Source: Pseudomonadota bacterium (GTDB lineage: Bacteria; Pseudomonadota; Alphaproteobacteria; UBA2136; UBA6156). Taken from it: a DNA stretch of 64,000 nucleotides. Position numbers and translations under genes: made by a program. Shown piece by piece: positions 26,714-34,407 of this stretch. The notes beneath the pieces are model-generated. The model was not told the DNA's origin and ran no database searches. It saw nothing but the letters and a program-made list of their open reading frames with translations. Position 1 is the stretch's first letter; each line of letters opens with the position of its first letter. The stretch covers positions 1,554 to 65,553 of the forward strand of contig WGMN01000016.1 in assembly GCA_016125035.1 (NCBI GenBank), in the 5' to 3' direction.

Positions 26714-27077
26714 GTGCGTTCTCCCGCCGTTTCATTAAAGCCTGAATCATTTTTGCAATTTCCCGATATTCTTCCGCCCAGCTCTCATACTTTTTTCGCG
26801 GCCAGTATTCCAGGTCTACCCCAAACTCAAGCCATACCTGCATTTCCTCGCATGAGCCCAGCGATAACCCCAAAAAGCGACGTTCTTCAACCTTGCTGGC
26901 GTTTTTACTCAGGCCCTCGGCAAGGTTAGAGCACACACTTTTGCTGGCTCTGCGCATCTGGTCGGCCACTCCGGCATATTGCTCAATCTGCGGCAGCTTA
27001 AGCGACACTTTATGCAGCCCCAGCGCCATGCGGTAGGCACGGCGGTAAACATCCAACTGCCTGTAACTTACAAACAT
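26706..27077 (-). CDS. four-helix-bundle protein (23S rRNA intervening-sequence protein / Avd-like family)
   Basis: 123 aa. YRQLDVYRRAYRMALGLHKVSLKLP...EQYAGVADQMRRASKSVCSNLAEGLSK is the family signature. Inserted between lolC/E and lolD, overlapping the lolD start by 8 nt. Confidence 0.8.
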   Translation of the reverse strand: MFVSYRQLDVYRRAYRMALGLHKVSLKLPQIEQYAGVADQMRRASKSVCSNLAEGLSKNASKVEERRFLGLSLGSCEEMQVWLEFGVDLEYWPRKKYESWAEEYREIAKMIQALMKRRENARG

Positions 27078-27100
27078 GGCACCACCCGGGGGTTAACCCA

Positions 27101-27129
27101 CCCTGAGAGCCTGAGACCCTGAGACCCTG
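27101..27129. repeat. octamer tandem repeat CCTGAGA(C/G) x3.5, intergenic
   Basis: ccctgagagcctgagaccctgagaccctg abuts the lolC/E stop (27130) and lies 23 nt upstream of the four-helix-bundle gene start. Confidence 0.9.
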
Positions 27130-28392
27130 TCATCCTCTCCTCAACAGCTCCACCGGGTTAAACAAACTCGCCCTCCACGCCGGATAAAGGCTCGCCAGCA
27201 CCGTCAGCACCAACGCCATGCCCACCACCATGCCCATGTCGGTGGCGTTCAGGCGGCCCGGCAACTCACTCAAAAAGTAAACATCCTTGGGGAACAGATC
27301 CACCCCGGTCAGCGCCTTCACAAACGCCACGATCTTATCCATCCGCCACACAATCAACATACCCAACCCCACGCCGCCGGCCACACCAATACCGCCCAGC
27401 AACAAACCGTTGAACAGGAAAATATTCCGCACCTGCGCCTTGGTGGCGCCCATGGTGCGCAAAATGGCAATGTCGCTGGTCTTGTCGTTCACCAGCATCA
27501 TCTGGCCGGTAATGATGTTAAACGCCGCCACCACCACAATCAGCGAGAGGATGATAAACATCGTCACCCGCTCCACCTGCAACGCGCGGAAGAACTCGGC
27601 ATTGGTCACCGTCCACGGCACAAAGCGCACATCCACCGGGCTTTCGGCAAAGCGCATGGCCACCTGCATAATCTGCGGCGTCAGCGCCTCAATTTTCTGC
27701 GGGTCGTCCAGGCGCACTTCCACCGCGTCCACCGCATGGCCACGGTGCAAAAACTGCTGGATGTCCCCCATCCGCCCCAGCACCAAGCCGTTGTCGTAGG
27801 TTACCATGCCCACGTCAAAGGTGCCGGCCACGCCAAAGCTGCCGATGCGCGGCACAAAGCCCATCACCGTGCGCGCCCCCTCGGGCGAGATCAGCGTCAC
27901 CCCACCCCCCGGCAAAGCCCCCACCATCGCCGCCAGCCCGCCGCCCACCACCAGCTCTCCTTGCGGAATCACCAACGGCCGGCCCGCATCTGATTTCTGA
28001 TTTCTGATTTCTGATTTCTCAAACACTTCCGGCAAAGCATCCCCCCCCACACCACGCACATAAGCGCCGCTGGCACTGCCGTTGGCACTTACCATCACCT
28101 GGCCGCTCACATAGGGCACGGCATCCACCACGCCGGGTATCTTCTTCAACTCGCCGGCCAGCACTTCCGCGTCTTTGTCCACCAACCCGGCAATTTCCAG
28201 GGTGCCATGGCCACTCACCCCCAAAATGCGCCCCATCAACTCCTGGCGGAAGCCGCTCATCACCGCCAAAACCACAATCAGCGCCGCCACCCCCAGCAAA
28301 ATGCCCAGCACGCTGAAAACCGTCACCACGCGCGTAAACCCGCGCCTGCTGCCCAAATACCTCCCCACCACCAACGGCACAAATCCTGTCAT
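27130..28392 (-). CDS. lipoprotein-releasing ABC transporter permease, LolC/E family
   Basis: 420 aa with MacB/FtsX-type topology: transmembrane helix 1, a large periplasmic domain, and three C-terminal transmembrane helices. In an operon with lolD. Confidence 0.9.
   Translation of the reverse strand: MTGFVPLVVGRYLGSRRGFTRVVTVFSVLGILLGVAALIVVLAVMSGFRQELMGRILGVSGHGTLEIAGLVDKDAEVLAGELKKIPGVVDAVPYVSGQVMVSANGSASGAYVRGVGGDALPEVFEKSEIRNQKSDAGRPLVIPQGELVVGGGLAAMVGALPGGGVTLISPEGARTVMGFVPRIGSFGVAGTFDVGMVTYDNGLVLGRMGDIQQFLHRGHAVDAVEVRLDDPQKIEALTPQIMQVAMRFAESPVDVRFVPWTVTNAEFFRALQVERVTMFIILSLIVVVAAFNIITGQMMLVNDKTSDIAILRTMGATKAQVRNIFLFNGLLLGGIGVAGGVGLGMLIVWRMDKIVAFVKALTGVDLFPKDVYFLSELPGRLNATDMGMVVGMALVLTVLASLYPAWRASLFNPVELLRRG
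27990..28019. repeat. heptamer tandem repeat CTGATTT x4 (coding sense AAATCAG), in frame in the lolC/E periplasmic domain
   Basis: ctgatttctgatttctgatttctgatttct encodes EKSEIRNQKSD. Confidence 0.9.
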
Positions 28393-28412
28393 GGCAACCT
28401 TGCTACCACACC

Positions 28413-28445
28413 CTTGCCACCCGCCTCAATGTATACTATTAAAAA
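28413..28445 (+). promoter_or_regulatory. conserved upstream element, copy A (CTTGCC...GCCTCAATGTATACTATTAAA)
   Basis: Near-identical blocks occur at 39429 and 40109, with a related one at 29425. TTGCCA-17-TATTAA could act as a promoter. 80 nt upstream of the 28524 CDS. Confidence 0.4.
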
Positions 28446-28523
28446 GATAAGAAAATCCGGCCAAGCCACCCGTAACCCAAGGGATGCCCGGCCACCATCC
28501 CGCTTCCCACGTATGAGGCTTTC

Positions 28524-28880
28524 ATGCCGAAGAAACCGAAACGCGCCCCCCGGGCGCGCACCTACCAGGGCTACACCCTGCCCGTGGAAGAAAAACTCGA
28601 AGGTTTTGCCCGTGCCGCCATCGATCTGGCCTTGAAGAACACCTCCAAGGGCAGGCGCAAGCCTATCTCTCCTCAGTTCACCTCATGGTACCACGTGGAG
28701 GTCGACAAGCCGAAAGACGATCTGCTGGTCGTGCGCTACGGCAACTTCACGCGCATGGCCCACATCGGCGAGCCTGTCATGTACGTGCTGCTGCACAAGC
28801 AAAAGGCCCATGTCTTCAGCCTGTCTGGTGCCGGCTTGCCCGACCACCAGCCGCGTAAAGAGCTGCTCGAGATGACCTGA
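28524..28880 (+). CDS. hypothetical protein
   Basis: 118 aa with a basic N-terminus and Shine-Dalgarno GAGG. First gene of a three-gene orphan module. Confidence 0.5.
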   Translation: MPKKPKRAPRARTYQGYTLPVEEKLEGFARAAIDLALKNTSKGRRKPISPQFTSWYHVEVDKPKDDLLVVRYGNFTRMAHIGEPVMYVLLHKQKAHVFSLSGAGLPDHQPRKELLEMT

Positions 28881-28898
28881 ACCAACGGAGTCCCCACA

Positions 28899-29357
28899 AT
28901 GACCATCTCCAAAGGCGACCCGGTCATCGTGGTGGATGTCCGGGCCTTTTCCTCCAACCACTACCGCGAGTTCTTCGCCCAAACGGTCAAAGGCCGCATC
29001 GGCCTGGTCACGGAGGTCCTTCCCGCCACGGAAGATACCGGGCGCCTCCTCTGGCGCCAGGTCAAAAAGCTCGTCGGCCTGCACGCACCTGCCCCGCCCC
29101 CGCGGGCGCTGGTGCGCTGGAAGCTCCAGGGCGAGCACGGAGAGGTCGAGAACTACGCCGCCAACCTGCCGGTCACGGCGGTAGAACGGCGCTTCCCACC
29201 CGGCACAACCATCATCGGTCCCTGCGGCTACGGCGCCGAAGTGGCGGAAGACTGCGGCGCCCCGGTGATCATCATCGAGCACTACAACGGCGACCGCGAA
29301 CCCCTCAGGCGCAGCCTGGTGGGCCAGGTCATCAGCGTGCCGGACATCCCGGCCTAA
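28899..29357 (+). CDS. hypothetical protein
   Basis: 152 aa, 18 nt after the previous stop. No family recognised. Confidence 0.5.
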   Translation: MTISKGDPVIVVDVRAFSSNHYREFFAQTVKGRIGLVTEVLPATEDTGRLLWRQVKKLVGLHAPAPPPRALVRWKLQGEHGEVENYAANLPVTAVERRFPPGTTIIGPCGYGAEVAEDCGAPVIIIEHYNGDREPLRRSLVGQVISVPDIPA

Positions 29358-29424
29358 AACGGCCCCAACCGGCGGAGAGCACCAGCTCCCCGCCGGTGCG
29401 CCATTTTTCCCATAAAATAAGGGC

Positions 29425-29461
29425 CTTGCCCCTTGCGGCCACCAACTTTGTATACTATTTT
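29425..29461 (+). promoter_or_regulatory. conserved upstream element, copy D (diverged)
   Basis: cttgccccttgcggccaccaactttgtatactatttt. Shares the CTTGCC and TGTATACTATT blocks with copies A-C. Confidence 0.3.
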
Positions 29462-29504
29462 ATCCCCAAGCCTCATTCCCCCGTGTTTAGAAAGGAATTG
29501 CCCC

Positions 29505-30209
29505 ATGGCAATCGAACAAACTGCCGTTTGTGCGGTCTGGGGCAACGAATGCTCCAAACTCGCACTGGATTTCGCCATCCAGCTGTTGACGGAATTCGCC
29601 AAGCTGGCGGTCATCGCCACCATCGTTGGCATCGTGCTGCGCTTCACCAGTTGGCGCAACCTGGTCAAGGGGCGTGATAACAAAAACGTCTCCTTCTCCG
29701 TCAACTTCATCAACAAAAAAGGCGTGCTGTGCCTGCGCCCCATCGGCAAGCAGGTCTCCATCGATGAACTGTTCCCGGATATCCTGGTTGCTAACGAGTT
29801 CCGCAAGGCCGTCAAACGCAACGCGGAAACCCCGGGCAATCCCATCATGGAGTACTCCTCCATAGACTACGAGCGGGCCATCAACAGCACGCTGCAAAGC
29901 TGGATCTCCGACGACTTCAGCAAGGAGTTCCTGGCCGAGGCGGCGGGCCACGATGCCAAGAATGAGGAGTTCGTGTTCATGGCCACCTATGAGCGCACCA
30001 ACACGCCGCTGCAAAAGGTCCGTGTCATCATCACGCACATGCCGATGATCATGAACCGGGTCGACCCCGACAAGGTCACCTACGAAAAGCCGCATCAGCG
30101 CCACCGCCTCTCAACGGTGGAGCAGATCGGCACCCGCTACCGCTTCCTTAAACCGGAGGTCCAGCGTCTCTACTGGGTGGAACTGCCGTTCCGCGTCTTG
30201 CAATCGTAG
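29505..30209 (+). CDS. hypothetical membrane-anchored protein
   Basis: ATG at 29505 with AAAGGA upstream, 234 aa. One transmembrane helix (FAKLAVIATIVGIVLRF). Confidence 0.5.
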   Translation: MAIEQTAVCAVWGNECSKLALDFAIQLLTEFAKLAVIATIVGIVLRFTSWRNLVKGRDNKNVSFSVNFINKKGVLCLRPIGKQVSIDELFPDILVANEFRKAVKRNAETPGNPIMEYSSIDYERAINSTLQSWISDDFSKEFLAEAAGHDAKNEEFVFMATYERTNTPLQKVRVIITHMPMIMNRVDPDKVTYEKPHQRHRLSTVEQIGTRYRFLKPEVQRLYWVELPFRVLQS

Positions 30210-30215
30210 CTTCGG

Positions 30216-31472
30216 CTAAAACGGCCAAGCACCGGCGAGAAGAACACTCTTCTCGCCGGTTGCGCGTTTCTTCCACTCAATCTTGCCTTCCGCCGCGCTC
30301 TTGGGCCCCACCACCGCCTGCCACGGCAACCCCAGCAGATCCATCTGGGCAAACTTCTCGCCCGCGCTGGCCTCACTGTCATCATAAAGCACCTCCACCC
30401 CGGCCTTTTGCAGGGCGGCGTAGGCTTCGTCGGCGGCCTTTTTGCAGGCTTCGTCGCCGGGGCGCAGGCACATCAGCCCCACCTTGTAGGGGGCAATCTC
30501 TTCGGGCCACACCAGGCCGTGCTCGTCGCTCAACACTTCTGCAACCGTGCCCATCAGGCGGCTCGGCCCCAAGCCATAACAGCCCATCACCGGCACCTTG
30601 CGGCTGCCGTCCTTGTCGGTGTACTCAAAGTCAAAGGCGCCGCTGTACTTGGTGCCCAGCTTAAAAATGTTTCCCACCTCAATGGCCTTGGCGGTCTCCA
30701 GCTTCTTCTCATCACCGGGCTGGTAGTTCGGCAAAATGCTCGCCAACGCTTCCGGGTCGTCGATAATCTCCTTGTTGATCGCCACCCGCCCTTTGCCGGG
30801 CACAATGTAAATCAGGTCCTCGCCACTGTCGGTCACGGTCTGGAACTCATGGCTGTACTTGCTGAACGTCCCGCCGCTGGCATAGGTCAAATAGGTTACG
30901 TCACCCAGCCCGCAACGGCGGTACACGTTCACGTAGGCCTCAATGCTGCGCTCATAAAAGGCGTCCAAATCGTCCTGGCTGGTGTGGAAGCTGTACATGT
31001 CCTTCATGCGGAATTCCCTGCCCCGCAGCAACCCGCTCTTGGCGCGCGCCTCGTTGCGGAATTTGGTCTGTATCTGGTACACCGCCTTGGGGAAGTCCTT
31101 GTAACTTTGCAGCACGGTCATGCCCAGAGGGGTCACCACTTCCTCGTGGGTGGCGCCCAGGGCCAGGTCGCGGTCTCCGGCACCTTTCAGCTTAAACAGC
31201 ACGTCCAACCCGTCCCAGCGGCCGGTGGCCAGCCAGTTTTCCTTGGGGTGCAGGGCGGGCAGCAGCAACTCCTGGCCGCCCATGGCGTCCATCTCTTCGC
31301 AGATGATGCGCTCAATCTTCTGCAACACGCGGTAACCAAGCGGCAGGTAGCTGTAAACCCCGGCCATCAACTGGTTCACATACCCGCCCTTGGTCAGCAA
31401 CTGGGCATTCTTGCTCACCTCATCCTTGCTGATGTCGCGGGTGGTCTTCAAAAACAACTGGCTCAGTCGCAT
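30216..31472 (-). CDS. proS: proline--tRNA ligase (short form without an editing insertion)
   Basis: 418 aa. MRLSQLFLKTTRD..., class II motifs (FRNEARAKSGLLRGREF, GCYGLGPSR) and a C-terminal anticodon-binding domain. Confidence 0.9.
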   Translation of the reverse strand: MRLSQLFLKTTRDISKDEVSKNAQLLTKGGYVNQLMAGVYSYLPLGYRVLQKIERIICEEMDAMGGQELLLPALHPKENWLATGRWDGLDVLFKLKGAGDRDLALGATHEEVVTPLGMTVLQSYKDFPKAVYQIQTKFRNEARAKSGLLRGREFRMKDMYSFHTSQDDLDAFYERSIEAYVNVYRRCGLGDVTYLTYASGGTFSKYSHEFQTVTDSGEDLIYIVPGKGRVAINKEIIDDPEALASILPNYQPGDEKKLETAKAIEVGNIFKLGTKYSGAFDFEYTDKDGSRKVPVMGCYGLGPSRLMGTVAEVLSDEHGLVWPEEIAPYKVGLMCLRPGDEACKKAADEAYAALQKAGVEVLYDDSEASAGEKFAQMDLLGLPWQAVVGPKSAAEGKIEWKKRATGEKSVLLAGAWPF

Positions 31473-31644
31473 CGGGGGCTCCTTGTAAAATCAGCCGCCA
31501 CCATGCCGCCAAACCACCGCAAAATCAAGGCCAACCCTTTACACCCACCCCCCTCGTGTTAGAATAACCCCGTTCCAATCCGGAACATCTCCAACCTCTT
31601 AGCGCCAAAGGACGCACCCTCCCAATGGGGATCTCGTAAAGGCG

Positions 31645-32163
31645 ATGCGGCAAACCGCCACAATGTTTGCCACCAACCGCCACTTAGACCTTGAGCCCTT
31701 CGATGAGTCGAAGGTGCTCGCGGTCTCGGTGACCACCGCCGTCGACGCCCTTCTCGGTGCCAAACACCTGGAAGCGGTTTTCACCGGCGATACCGAAACC
31801 AACCTGGCGTGTACGCTGGCCCGTTCCGCGGCCAAGCCATCACGGGAGGATCTGCTGGCCCTGTGCAAACGCTTCCGCGAGGAAGCCCTGCTCAAGCCGG
31901 TGGTCAAGGTCGAAGTGCAGCTTCTCGACGTCTACCGCGAGAAACGGCACTGGAACCTCACCCTCCGCAAGGTGGAATGCGCCGCCCGCAGCCCGGCTTT
32001 CGCCGAGATGCGCACGGCGGCTGAAGAACGCGGTTTTACCACCGCCTTCAACGGCCAGCACTTCCACAATGCCCATGGTCACCTGCGTGTGAACCTCAGC
32101 TTCCTCTTCCACCGCAGGGAAAAGGGCGCGGGCCGCACCTACACAGAGGTCATGAACCCATGA
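31645..32163 (+). CDS. hypothetical protein
   Basis: 172-aa ORF. Upstream promoter-like TTTACA-16-TAGAAT at about 31540-31568. Followed by a terminator. Confidence 0.5.
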   Translation: MRQTATMFATNRHLDLEPFDESKVLAVSVTTAVDALLGAKHLEAVFTGDTETNLACTLARSAAKPSREDLLALCKRFREEALLKPVVKVEVQLLDVYREKRHWNLTLRKVECAARSPAFAEMRTAAEERGFTTAFNGQHFHNAHGHLRVNLSFLFHRREKGAGRTYTEVMNP

Positions 32164-32175
32164 TTGCGATTACCA

Positions 32176-32221
32176 GCTGAAGGCTGTCGGGTTCCCCCCC
32201 GGCGGCCTTCAGCCATTTTTT
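32176..32221 (+). terminator. intrinsic terminator
   Basis: gctgaaggc...gccttcagc stem followed by TTTTTT. Confidence 0.65.
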
Positions 32222-32253
32222 CCCAACGATCCCAGCTATCAACTCTAAAGAAG

Positions 32254-32290
32254 TGGTGACGCCTCCCAGACTCGAACTGGGGACACGCGG
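32254..32290 (-). pseudogene. displaced 3' half of tRNA-Met(CAT), 36/37 identical to the intact gene
   Basis: tggtgacgcctcccagactcgaactggggacacgcgg runs from the 3' anticodon-stem strand through the T-arm to CCA. No matching 5' acceptor strand is present. Flanked by an inverted copy of the anticodon arm. Confidence 0.75.
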
Positions 32291-32368
32291 CCAAAGTCAT
32301 ACAAGCCCGATTCCGCTGCGGCGGAATCATAATCAGCACTAATGAGAAGCAAAGCGGCTAAAAAACCC

Positions 32369-32445
32369 TGGTGGCGCCTCCCAGACTCGAACTGGGGACA
32401 CGCGGATTATGATTCCGCTGCTCTAACCAACTGAGCTAAGGCGCC
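32369..32445 (-). tRNA. tRNA-Met (anticodon CAT; a lysidine-modified tRNA-Ile2 cannot be excluded)
   Basis: Reverse complement GGCGCCTTAGCTCAGTTGGTTAGAGCAGCGGAATCATAATCCGCGTGTCCCCAGTTCGAGTCTGGGAGGCGCCACCA folds into a 7/4/5/5 cloverleaf. CCA is encoded. Confidence 0.9.
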
Positions 32446-32883
32446 ACGCGGGCCGCAACCTAGTGGTCGCGCACCCAACTGTCAACCGGTTGGGGCATTT
32501 TTGCGCCTCGTTCCTACGCGCACAGCCCGCTCCCCTCCAACCTGCCACCTACCGCCTGCAACCTTTCTTCCCGCTTTCTTCCCTATCGAATTTTTATACG
32601 CCCCCCGCTACGCTCTGCCTCAGATATCAGCCGTTCCTGCTGGGGGGCAAGGGGCGGCTGGTTTCCACACTGGCCGCGGGTTTTACCCCGGCAACAATAA
32701 CAACAACCGTTGGTTATTCTGGCGCGCCATCTAGGCGCGCGTTCATTTTTTTACAATCTTTCCCATTGCAAAACCGCCAAGGCCGGCCATCTTGCGCGGG
32801 TAAGTCGTTCACCCCGTGTTTAAACAGGTGAAAGAACCACCGCACCCGTTTTCTCCCCTACCCTGGAATAAAGAGGATACAAC

Positions 32884-33141
32884 ATGACGACCCACATCGG
32901 CCTGGGCATGGCCATTGTCGGCGGCCTGGCTCTGGCTGTCAGCATGGCAGCCTGTCCCCGGCACGGCACCGCCGCCAACGCGCTCCCCGCCACTCCCACC
33001 ATCCCGGTGGCTGTCGGCTGGCTGGGGCCTCCCGGCCTGCCGCTGTGCGGCGCGGTAAAAGCGCGCCCTTGCCTGGTCAAGGCCCGGCGGCCCGACCCCT
33101 CCGGCAACCCCCAATACCGGGTGCGTCGGGCCCCGCGCTAA
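32884..33141 (+). CDS. small putative lipoprotein
   Basis: 85 aa with AAGAGGA Shine-Dalgarno. Lipobox-like LAVSMAAC. Confidence 0.45.
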   Translation: MTTHIGLGMAIVGGLALAVSMAACPRHGTAANALPATPTIPVAVGWLGPPGLPLCGAVKARPCLVKARRPDPSGNPQYRVRRAPR

Positions 33142-33166
33142 AGGCCGCCCCTGCCCTGCGCTCCGC

Positions 33167-33198
33167 AAAGCCGCCCGGCCTCAAAACCGGGCGGCTTT
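33167..33198 (+). terminator. hairpin/terminator, first of two related copies
   Basis: aaagccgcccgg-cctcaaaa-ccgggcggcttt. Confidence 0.55.
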
Positions 33199-33236
33199 GC
33201 CGTATCTGCCCTTGCAAAACCGCCCCCCAGCCCCAC

Positions 33237-33264
33237 AACACCGCCCGGTTTTCCGGGCGGTGTT
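33237..33264 (+). terminator. hairpin/terminator, second related copy
   Basis: aacaccgcccgg-tttt-ccgggcggtgtt followed by ggcatttt. It has the same CCGCCCGG/CCGGGCGG core as the first copy. Confidence 0.55.
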
Positions 33265-33389
33265 GGCATTTTCCGCTTGCAAAACCTCTCCGCCCGCCCC
33301 ATCTCCCAACCACGATTTATCACCCGCCCCAAAAACGGGGCATCGCCCCGTTTCACCCTCCGGCACTCCCGGAGAGAAAGGAGAGCCCC

Positions 33390-33800
33390 ATGGCTCGCCA
33401 AACCATCCTCGCCGCCCTGCTCGCCATTATTTTGGCGCTGGGCTTGCCCCCCCCGGTCACTGCTCACGCCAACTCCTCCACAGTCACCTGGGCCGGCCCC
33501 ACCGGGAAGGCCCAGCGCCTTAATGCCACGCAAGTCACGTGGCTGCTGGCCGACCCCATGTGGGCCCGCCTGCAAAGCTTTGCGGCGTCGCTGCCGGACA
33601 GCGACGAGAAGTCCGCCGCCCTCGACTTCCTCAGCGACACCAAGCGTGCCGTTGCCCAGGGGCGGACGGACACCGCGCAAGCGGCCTTCGTCTGGGTCAT
33701 GCGCATCCTCCCCAGCATAACGCCGGAGGATAAGATTCGCCCGCTCGTCGATATGCTCAATGAGATGAGCGACAAACTCAAAGACCGCTACGGCAAGTAG
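33390..33800 (+). CDS. secreted hypothetical protein
   Basis: ATG at 33390 with AAAGGAGAG Shine-Dalgarno. Signal peptide MARQTILAALLAIILALGLPPPVTAHA. 136 aa. Confidence 0.55.
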   Translation: MARQTILAALLAIILALGLPPPVTAHANSSTVTWAGPTGKAQRLNATQVTWLLADPMWARLQSFAASLPDSDEKSAALDFLSDTKRAVAQGRTDTAQAAFVWVMRILPSITPEDKIRPLVDMLNEMSDKLKDRYGK

Positions 33801-33914
33801 CCCCGCCCCCCTGGCCCGCAAGGCCGGGGGGGCGCGGTTTTCCAGGGCACACTTTCAGCCCTCCCCCCTCCACCCCCGCTTGACGCCCTGCGCCCCAACC
33901 GCCATCCTTCCCCC

Positions 33915-34322
33915 ATGCAACGCCCGCTCCTCACCGCTTCCCTTGCCGCCACCGCCGTGGCCCTTGGCGCCGTCTTCGCCACCCTCACGCTCGCCCAGCA
34001 GGGGGGCGGCTGCGTGGCCGGCGGTGGCTGGTGGGGGTGCACGGGGCCGTTGCAACCGGCCAGCCCCATGCAAACCCAGGCCGCCTGCAACGCCCCGCAA
34101 TGGCAAAGCCTGCAAGGCTCCGGGGGCTATGCCCCGCAGCTGGAATCCGCCCGCCAATCCGCCTGCCGGGGCGATATGCCCACCGCGCAAACCAGCCTCA
34201 CCCAGGCGCTGCCCGCGCTGCTCGGCAACAGTGCCGACGCCCAACAGGTCGCCGCCCTGGCCGACCAGGTCAACACCCTCTTCAGCCTGCTCGCCATCCA
34301 CGGCCAGCAGGCCCGCCCGTAA
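33915..34322 (+). CDS. secreted hypothetical protein
   Basis: 135 aa with signal peptide MQRPLLTASLAATAVALGAVFATLTLAQQ. Cys-containing mature part. Confidence 0.5.
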   Translation: MQRPLLTASLAATAVALGAVFATLTLAQQGGGCVAGGGWWGCTGPLQPASPMQTQAACNAPQWQSLQGSGGYAPQLESARQSACRGDMPTAQTSLTQALPALLGNSADAQQVAALADQVNTLFSLLAIHGQQARP

Positions 34323-34371
34323 GGCTCCCGCCGGGCCCTTCCACCTACGCAATCATCTTGCCGCTTTTTCC

Positions 34372-34405
34372 TTGCCAAAAAAGCCCCGCTCTTGCATAAA
34401 TGCAA
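34372..34405 (+). promoter_or_regulatory. candidate promoter with an overlapping perfect palindrome (putative operator) for the HTH-RbcL-like operon
   Basis: TTGCCA (34372-77), 18 nt, ATAAAT (34396-401). Palindrome TTGCATAAATGCAA at 34392-34405. The ATG at 34408 is 7 nt after the -10 box and has no Shine-Dalgarno, which suggests a leaderless mRNA. Confidence 0.45.
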
Positions 34406-34407
34406 AC

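Noticed and set aside
26706-27077. Four-helix-bundle genes as markers of a diversity-generating retroelement or of a 23S rRNA intervening sequence.
   Set aside because: No reverse transcriptase, template/variable repeat pair or rRNA gene is present anywhere in the window. Only the protein family relationship holds.
30226-30262. Perfect hairpin accggcgagaag-aacact-cttctcgccggt as a terminator between the 29505 gene and proS.
   Set aside because: It lies inside the proS reading frame (encoding TGEKSVLLAG), and the ORF continues to the stop at 30216. It may still act on the convergent transcript, but it cannot be called an independent feature.
32254-32340. First tRNA-like sequence as a second functional tRNA gene.
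   Set aside because: Only the 3' half matches. There is no complementary 5' acceptor strand or D-arm. The anticodon loop is disrupted by 18 unrelated nucleotides.
33880-34407. N-terminal 176-codon extension of the 712-aa ORF (33880..36018) upstream of the HTH domain.
   Set aside because: The extension is Pro/Ala/Arg-rich and not protein-like. It overlaps a better ORF in another frame with a signal peptide (33915-34322). The HTH begins exactly at the ATG at 34408, which sits behind a promoter-like sequence.
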